Positions 35,833 through 40,447 of a stretch of DNA of 40,447 nt are shown here, piece after piece; position 1 is the stretch's first letter; each line of letters begins with the position of its first letter. A program made the translations under genes and the position numbers. Under the pieces are notes generated by a model. That model saw only the letters and a list, made by a program, of their open reading frames with translations. It ran no database searches and was not told the DNA's origin. This DNA is from a virus (taxonomy: Duplodnaviria > Caudoviricetes), in the IMG/VR virus record IMGVR_UViG_3300027419_000056, positions 1-40,447 of that record; one strand, written 5' to 3'.

Positions 35833-37431
35833 ATGGCTATTTATGAAATAAAATCATGTCGTGGAGGATTATCTGATTATGAAGATAAAGGTATTCCCGG
35901 CTCATTCAAGTTTGGAGCGAATCTAAACATAAGAAAAGTACAAGATAGTATCTCGTGCAATCAAGCACTCGTAGATGAAGGATTACTAGGTAGCAATTCC
36001 CCTTCTGCGTCTGTTTCTCCATCTTTAAGTGCGAGTGTTTCTCCATCTTTGTCGCCAAGTGCGAGTGTAAGCCCGACACAGAGCCCGTCATCTTCTGTTT
36101 CCCTGTCGGCTTCAACAACACCGTCAGTCTCTGTGTCACTGAGCCCATCAACAACGCCATCATCCTCTGTTTCTCCATCTCCATCCCCGTCTGCAGGACT
36201 ATCAACAGTCTTTGAGGATTTAATACGGTATTTCGTGAAGGCATCAGATGGATATACCTATGGGTTTGGAAGCACGGGATATATATATAGACGTGATTCT
36301 GATGCATTTTGGCAAAGGTCATACAAAGATGCACTAGGAGAAATAAAAGGAGCAGAAGAGAAGCCGTCATCCAGTGGAAAACTATGGCTCTATTGGGCAA
36401 CCAATACAACATTAAAAAGAAAAGAGATAGGGGGATTGTCTAACTGGAATGATGTGGAGATTGTAGCCCAGAATCTTCAACCAGACGTTCCACACACCAT
36501 GAAGCAGGTAGGCGGATCACTTATGATCGCAAATGGAAGTTATATTGCCATGGTAGGATATGACGATTCCTATACAAATGAAGCATTGGACATGATACCG
36601 GGGAATATTGCAAAGACTATGGTAGAACGAAGCGGACAACTTATTGTTGGCTGTTATCGTGAAGGCGAATCAACTATGGGAGTCAATGCAGCAATAGACG
36701 CAGAATATCCATTGGCACAGATAGGAAATGATGGAGAACTCCATTTTGCCGATATGGCCAATACCATCCCTATCAAACGCTTTCCCGGAGGAGGTATGGC
36801 AAATACTGGTGGCGTAACAAACGAAGTTGATCAGGCAAATTTCTTTCAGTGGGAACAGACGGCGGATAGTTGGATTGATAAACAGTCTGTAGGAAATCTT
36901 TCTCTTTGGGCTATATATGATGCAGATACGGGAAAAGGTGGTATTTATAGCTATGGACGAAAAAATAAAAATCATCCGGTCACAATGAATCTTGAATACC
37001 AGTTTGATGCCGATGAATTAGGCGCTCTGATAACGGTAGAGGGCACAACAATCGTAAGCTACAGAGATGGAACATCATTTGGCGTAAAGGCCGTAGACGC
37101 AAGCACAAAGGCTCAGGGAGTGTATGAAGGACTGGATTTTAAAGCACCGATGAAAAAGAATGAAGAAATTACAGAATGGAAGCGACATGAAGTCTTTATC
37201 GCTCCCCTTCCAAGCGGTACATCCATTCAATTCTACTATCGTTTGAATAAAACTGGTGGTTGGGTGCTTGGCCGTACTGCATCAGGAGAAACAGCATTTA
37301 GTATTGCCAATGCTATGAAGGCTACATTTGTCATTAACGGTCAGGGTGAGATATTTGAGCCTAAGTTAGTGTTGAATCCAAGCTTTAATGTTGCTCCTGA
37401 AGTATTTAGGCAACGCACATATTTTGACTAA
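35833..37431 (+). CDS. Putative tail hub/nozzle (beta-propeller-like) protein with ~68-aa Ser-X/Pro insertion
   Basis: N-terminal GGLS.....G.F..G.N.NIR pattern of podovirus tail proteins; beta-rich; Ser tract at residues ~54-121. Confidence 0.65.
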   Translation: MAIYEIKSCRGGLSDYEDKGIPGSFKFGANLNIRKVQDSISCNQALVDEGLLGSNSPSASVSPSLSASVSPSLSPSASVSPTQSPSSSVSLSASTTPSVSVSLSPSTTPSSSVSPSPSPSAGLSTVFEDLIRYFVKASDGYTYGFGSTGYIYRRDSDAFWQRSYKDALGEIKGAEEKPSSSGKLWLYWATNTTLKRKEIGGLSNWNDVEIVAQNLQPDVPHTMKQVGGSLMIANGSYIAMVGYDDSYTNEALDMIPGNIAKTMVERSGQLIVGCYREGESTMGVNAAIDAEYPLAQIGNDGELHFADMANTIPIKRFPGGGMANTGGVTNEVDQANFFQWEQTADSWIDKQSVGNLSLWAIYDADTGKGGIYSYGRKNKNHPVTMNLEYQFDADELGALITVEGTTIVSYRDGTSFGVKAVDASTKAQGVYEGLDFKAPMKKNEEITEWKRHEVFIAPLPSGTSIQFYYRLNKTGGWVLGRTASGETAFSIANAMKATFVINGQGEIFEPKLVLNPSFNVAPEVFRQRTYFD

Positions 37432-37432
37432 C

Positions 37433-37945
37433 ATGGATGGTGAAAAAGTATACACACAAGAAACAATTGAAGAAACGGCGTTCCCTGCGGAAGATGCTGT
37501 TGCTTCTTATGAAGAAACGCAGTCAACGGCAAATAGTACATATTCTCAGGAAACAGTAAAAGAACAGACAATGCCAACACGGCGCATTGCTGTTGATGTT
37601 ATTGGAACTGTCATCAATACAAAGTCAAAGAAAATACTTCAGCCATTCTCATTTGCAAAGAGTGGAGCAATTCAGATAGGAGAATATGAGAATGGGGTAT
37701 CAGGAGAGGTAAAAATATCACCGGATGGTTTGGTTGCGAGAAATAAGTCAGGAAATACAACAATAGCAATAGATGGAGATACAGGAGATGCGGTGTTTGC
37801 AGGTACTATTCAGGCAGGAACGCTTATTAGTGGAAAAGTTATTGTTGGAAATAGCACTTGGATTATTGATGGAGATGAAACAAATCCAGTAATAATCTTG
37901 TACAAAGGTGATATTGCCTCTATTGTTATTGGAAGTCCTAATTAA
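37433..37945 (+). CDS. Putative tail needle/fibre-like protein (probable start 37433)
   Basis: ISPDGLVARNKSG.TTIAIDGDTGDAVFAGTI beta-repeat typical of tail proteins. Confidence 0.6.
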   Translation: MDGEKVYTQETIEETAFPAEDAVASYEETQSTANSTYSQETVKEQTMPTRRIAVDVIGTVINTKSKKILQPFSFAKSGAIQIGEYENGVSGEVKISPDGLVARNKSGNTTIAIDGDTGDAVFAGTIQAGTLISGKVIVGNSTWIIDGDETNPVIILYKGDIASIVIGSPN

Positions 37946-37946
37946 T

Positions 37947-39176
37947 ATGAATAATCTTGTTCGTTGTGCATTATCTGGATATAATGCTTTAACAGATACA
38001 AATCCAGATCACTATAGTTTGTATGGAGATGTTGATAATATCCTAATTAAGCGATTTTCTACAGATTATATTGAAATTGAAGATCCAACTTATCCAGATG
38101 ATTATACATTGTCTTCAATAACACATAATTTATCATATATTCCATTTTGCATGGTATATCGTGATATTTATAATGATGGATTGTATTGGCAAATAGTAAA
38201 TAATCAATGGAATCCTTTTAGTCCTCCTGATGCGATTTGTGGAATCAATACATCAAATTTAAAAATATATAATTTTGGTGGTCATTCGGATGGAATCATG
38301 CCAACTGCTTATGATATTTTTTATGATAATATGAATGATGATACAGCTCCTTCTATCATAGAAAGTAAATCTGTTTTTAAAGTTGCGAGACCAAATAAAT
38401 CTGCTTTTTCTAAAAATCCAAATGATTATATTGTTCATTCTGATTTAAATAATTTTAAAATATTAAAGAGTGGAGTTGTTGATTTAACATTACAAGGTGG
38501 TGGTATTTATAGTCCTGATAGCTTTAGCCATGGAGCAAATGTTCAAGAACCATATAAATATTTTTTATTTATTAAATTTCCAGATGGAAAAGTAGCTCAA
38601 GTTGGTGGATCATCTATTACATTATCTTATGATTTTTCAAAAACAGTATACCAAACATGGATGGATTCAACAAAAATATATATAGGATCTCCTTCATCTT
38701 GTGATGTAAGCATTAGTTATATTATTTATGGTTCAGGAAAAAATGGAACAATATTGACTGATAATCCAAAAATAGTTTGTGCAAAAGATGGATATAGTGC
38801 TCTAACTGAAACAAATCCAGATAATATAAACTTTCATTCCTTGTATCCAACATTAAAGTATTTTACTTCTGGGACATATAGCATGACGGTTTCAACTTCT
38901 ACTGTTTATACTATTGCACATAATCTTGGATATACGCCATTTTTTATAGGTTTTGGAAATGATTTAGCTTCATATATTTCAAGTTCTGATTATGCCATTT
39001 TGCCATATTATTGGGGTAGATCCTTTATTGGAAGTCCAAATAATGACATTGCATCTTTTATATATGCTGATGATACAAATATATATCTTTCTGCATATTA
39101 TCAATCAAGTGCTGTTGGAACAAGTAAAACATTCAATTTTTACTATAAAATATTTAAAAATAATCTAGGTTTATAA
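37947..39176 (+). CDS. Putative tail fibre/receptor-binding protein with three internal repeats (probable start 37947)
   Basis: Repeats GYNALTDTNPD / KSAFSKNPND / GYSALTETNPD and THNLSYIPF / AHNLGYTPF; visibly AT-rich. Confidence 0.65.
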   Translation: MNNLVRCALSGYNALTDTNPDHYSLYGDVDNILIKRFSTDYIEIEDPTYPDDYTLSSITHNLSYIPFCMVYRDIYNDGLYWQIVNNQWNPFSPPDAICGINTSNLKIYNFGGHSDGIMPTAYDIFYDNMNDDTAPSIIESKSVFKVARPNKSAFSKNPNDYIVHSDLNNFKILKSGVVDLTLQGGGIYSPDSFSHGANVQEPYKYFLFIKFPDGKVAQVGGSSITLSYDFSKTVYQTWMDSTKIYIGSPSSCDVSISYIIYGSGKNGTILTDNPKIVCAKDGYSALTETNPDNINFHSLYPTLKYFTSGTYSMTVSTSTVYTIAHNLGYTPFFIGFGNDLASYISSSDYAILPYYWGRSFIGSPNNDIASFIYADDTNIYLSAYYQSSAVGTSKTFNFYYKIFKNNLGL

Positions 39177-39182
39177 ATATAG

Positions 39183-39212
39183 TTGCCTTCCAATAGTTTA
39201 TTCTTCTATTCT
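39183..39212 (+). promoter_or_regulatory. Late-type leaderless promoter TTGCCT-18-TATTCT
   Basis: Identical to 35797-35826; ATG 6 nt downstream. Confidence 0.8.
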
Positions 39213-39218
39213 TAGAAT

Positions 39219-39941
39219 ATGAATCTTTTTAGTGAACTCATTACAGCAGTCCAGTCAGATCTTACGATCAATGATGATAGTACGCTGTACCCAATCGCAA
39301 CAGTTAAATTAGCCTTGAATAGAGCATATATTAAGTGTGGAGGACTATTTCTCTGGCCGGAAACTGAAGATGCGAAAAAAACATCAACACAGGCAAATAT
39401 TGAATACTATGACTACCCTGCCACATGGAGACCTGATTCTATCTGGAAACTTGAGGTAGATGATGTTGACTACGGTGATCCGCTTGGATTCAAGGACTAT
39501 ATGTTTGAAAAAGAGAATGATGTCCCTTGTGGACGTGACTATATCTGGTCAAGTCAACATAGACGATACTTTATATATCCAATTCCAACAACCGCAGGTG
39601 ATTACAATATCTCTGTATGGGGACAAAAAACAGTAGATGCATTAACAAATGACGGAGATGTTACTATATGGTCATATTCCATGCCAGAATGCAATGAAGC
39701 CGTTGTACTAGAGGCAGAAGCGATATTAAAGAAAAAAGGACAGGATGTTCGTATTACATCAAGTGGTGGCACTATGGGCGATCTTATCAGCGTAGAAGCC
39801 AAACAAATATTGTCTGTTGCATGGAGTAAAATACGACAAGGACAGGAAAAATATCAACAGACACAGCCGATGTTTGATACACCAGACTTTTTTTCTCAAA
39901 CAGTAACACATAGCCAAACAGGCAAGTTTAACATTAGATAA
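39219..39941 (+). CDS. Putative head-tail adaptor / tail tubular protein
   Basis: ELITAVQSDL...ALNRAY...W, YYDYP, FIYPIP pattern typical of adaptor proteins. Confidence 0.65.
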   Translation: MNLFSELITAVQSDLTINDDSTLYPIATVKLALNRAYIKCGGLFLWPETEDAKKTSTQANIEYYDYPATWRPDSIWKLEVDDVDYGDPLGFKDYMFEKENDVPCGRDYIWSSQHRRYFIYPIPTTAGDYNISVWGQKTVDALTNDGDVTIWSYSMPECNEAVVLEAEAILKKKGQDVRITSSGGTMGDLISVEAKQILSVAWSKIRQGQEKYQQTQPMFDTPDFFSQTVTHSQTGKFNIR

Positions 39942-39942
39942 T

Positions 39943-40447
39943 ATGGCACAAATAGTAGGAAATCAACTAAAATTAGATAATGGATCAGTTATCACTCCCC
40001 AACAGGGCGGTTGGTATGATGGACAACAGTATTGGGGTGGAACACTTAGCCAAAAAGGACAAATAAACCCATTGAGTAATCAAGTTGGTGCAGGACAAAA
40101 GGTATCAGAAGAGGTAAATAGACAATCAGCATCGGCACAGGGAAAGACATATGAAGAGTTTAATCAATATCTTCAAACACCAAATAAGACAGTTACTCCA
40201 ACTGTAAGAGCTCCATCAACAGGCGCAAGTGCTACTACAACAGGAACAATGGGTACAGGAATGGGTACAATGGGTACGACAGAGACATTGAATCTTCCAA
40301 AACTATATGAATCTTTATATAGCACGTCAGGAATCAGCGATGTTGAAAAACAACTATCAGAAAAAACTGCTGCATATAATGCTGCTGTTTCCAATATAAA
40401 AGATAATCCATATCTGTCAGAAGCTACAATGACTGGACGGCTCAAGA
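39943..40447 (+). CDS. 5' part of the join-spanning ~366-aa putative internal virion protein (continues to 723)
   Basis: ATG 1 nt after the adaptor stop; open to window end; in frame with 1-723. Confidence 0.8.
   Translation, partial: MAQIVGNQLKLDNGSVITPQQGGWYDGQQYWGGTLSQKGQINPLSNQVGAGQKVSEEVNRQSASAQGKTYEEFNQYLQTPNKTVTPTVRAPSTGASATTTGTMGTGMGTMGTTETLNLPKLYESLYSTSGISDVEKQLSEKTAAYNAAVSNIKDNPYLSEATMTGRLK
40321..40447. repeat. Terminal direct repeat copy 2 (circular-assembly overlap)
   Basis: Identical to 1-127; unique genome length 40,320 bp. Confidence 0.97.

Noticed and set aside
1-40447. Alternative genetic code (stop-codon reassignment)
   Set aside because: Code 11 gives dense, full-length genes, and TAA, TAG and TGA are all used as stops

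Overview
The window is an apparently complete, circularly permuted dsDNA phage genome of 40,320 bp: bases 1-127 are repeated exactly at 40321-40447, and one gene is split across that join. Essentially all real genes are on the + strand. Gene order: ejection/internal virion proteins (39943-5411), lysis (5463-6782), a structured non-coding control region (~6790-7630), a long early/accessory run of small genes (7634-18182), then a P22-like podovirus morphogenesis module (terminases, portal, scaffold, major capsid protein, tail hub, fibres, adaptor). The early run includes a DUF6745-like gene and its partner, a KGG protein, RlpA-like, DUF2829/Tad2-like, SSB-like, YopX, XRE-HTH and DUF1064 genes, plus a ~460-bp cluster of three long-stem RNA structures. 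I recognise no integrase, polymerase, helicase, primase, replication initiator, spanin, canonical tRNA or CRISPR array. The standout system is an 8-gene, 6.7-kb glycosylation cluster (27364-34083) embedded in the virion module. It holds three glycosyltransferase genes, two carrying motifs typical of polypeptide GalNAc-transferases, plus two methyltransferases and three nucleotide-sugar enzymes. It is flanked by three virion-module proteins with long alternating-serine, Pro-rich (mucin/SRRP-like) tracts, which suggests a phage-encoded mucin-type O-glycosylated virion coat. Other notable signals: a family of seven late promoters with a fixed 18-bp spacer and a conserved internal motif (mostly leaderless), paired palindromic operators, a candidate -1 frameshift, and a shared RNA motif ahead of the scaffold and capsid genes. 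All family assignments come from motif recognition by eye; no searches were run.
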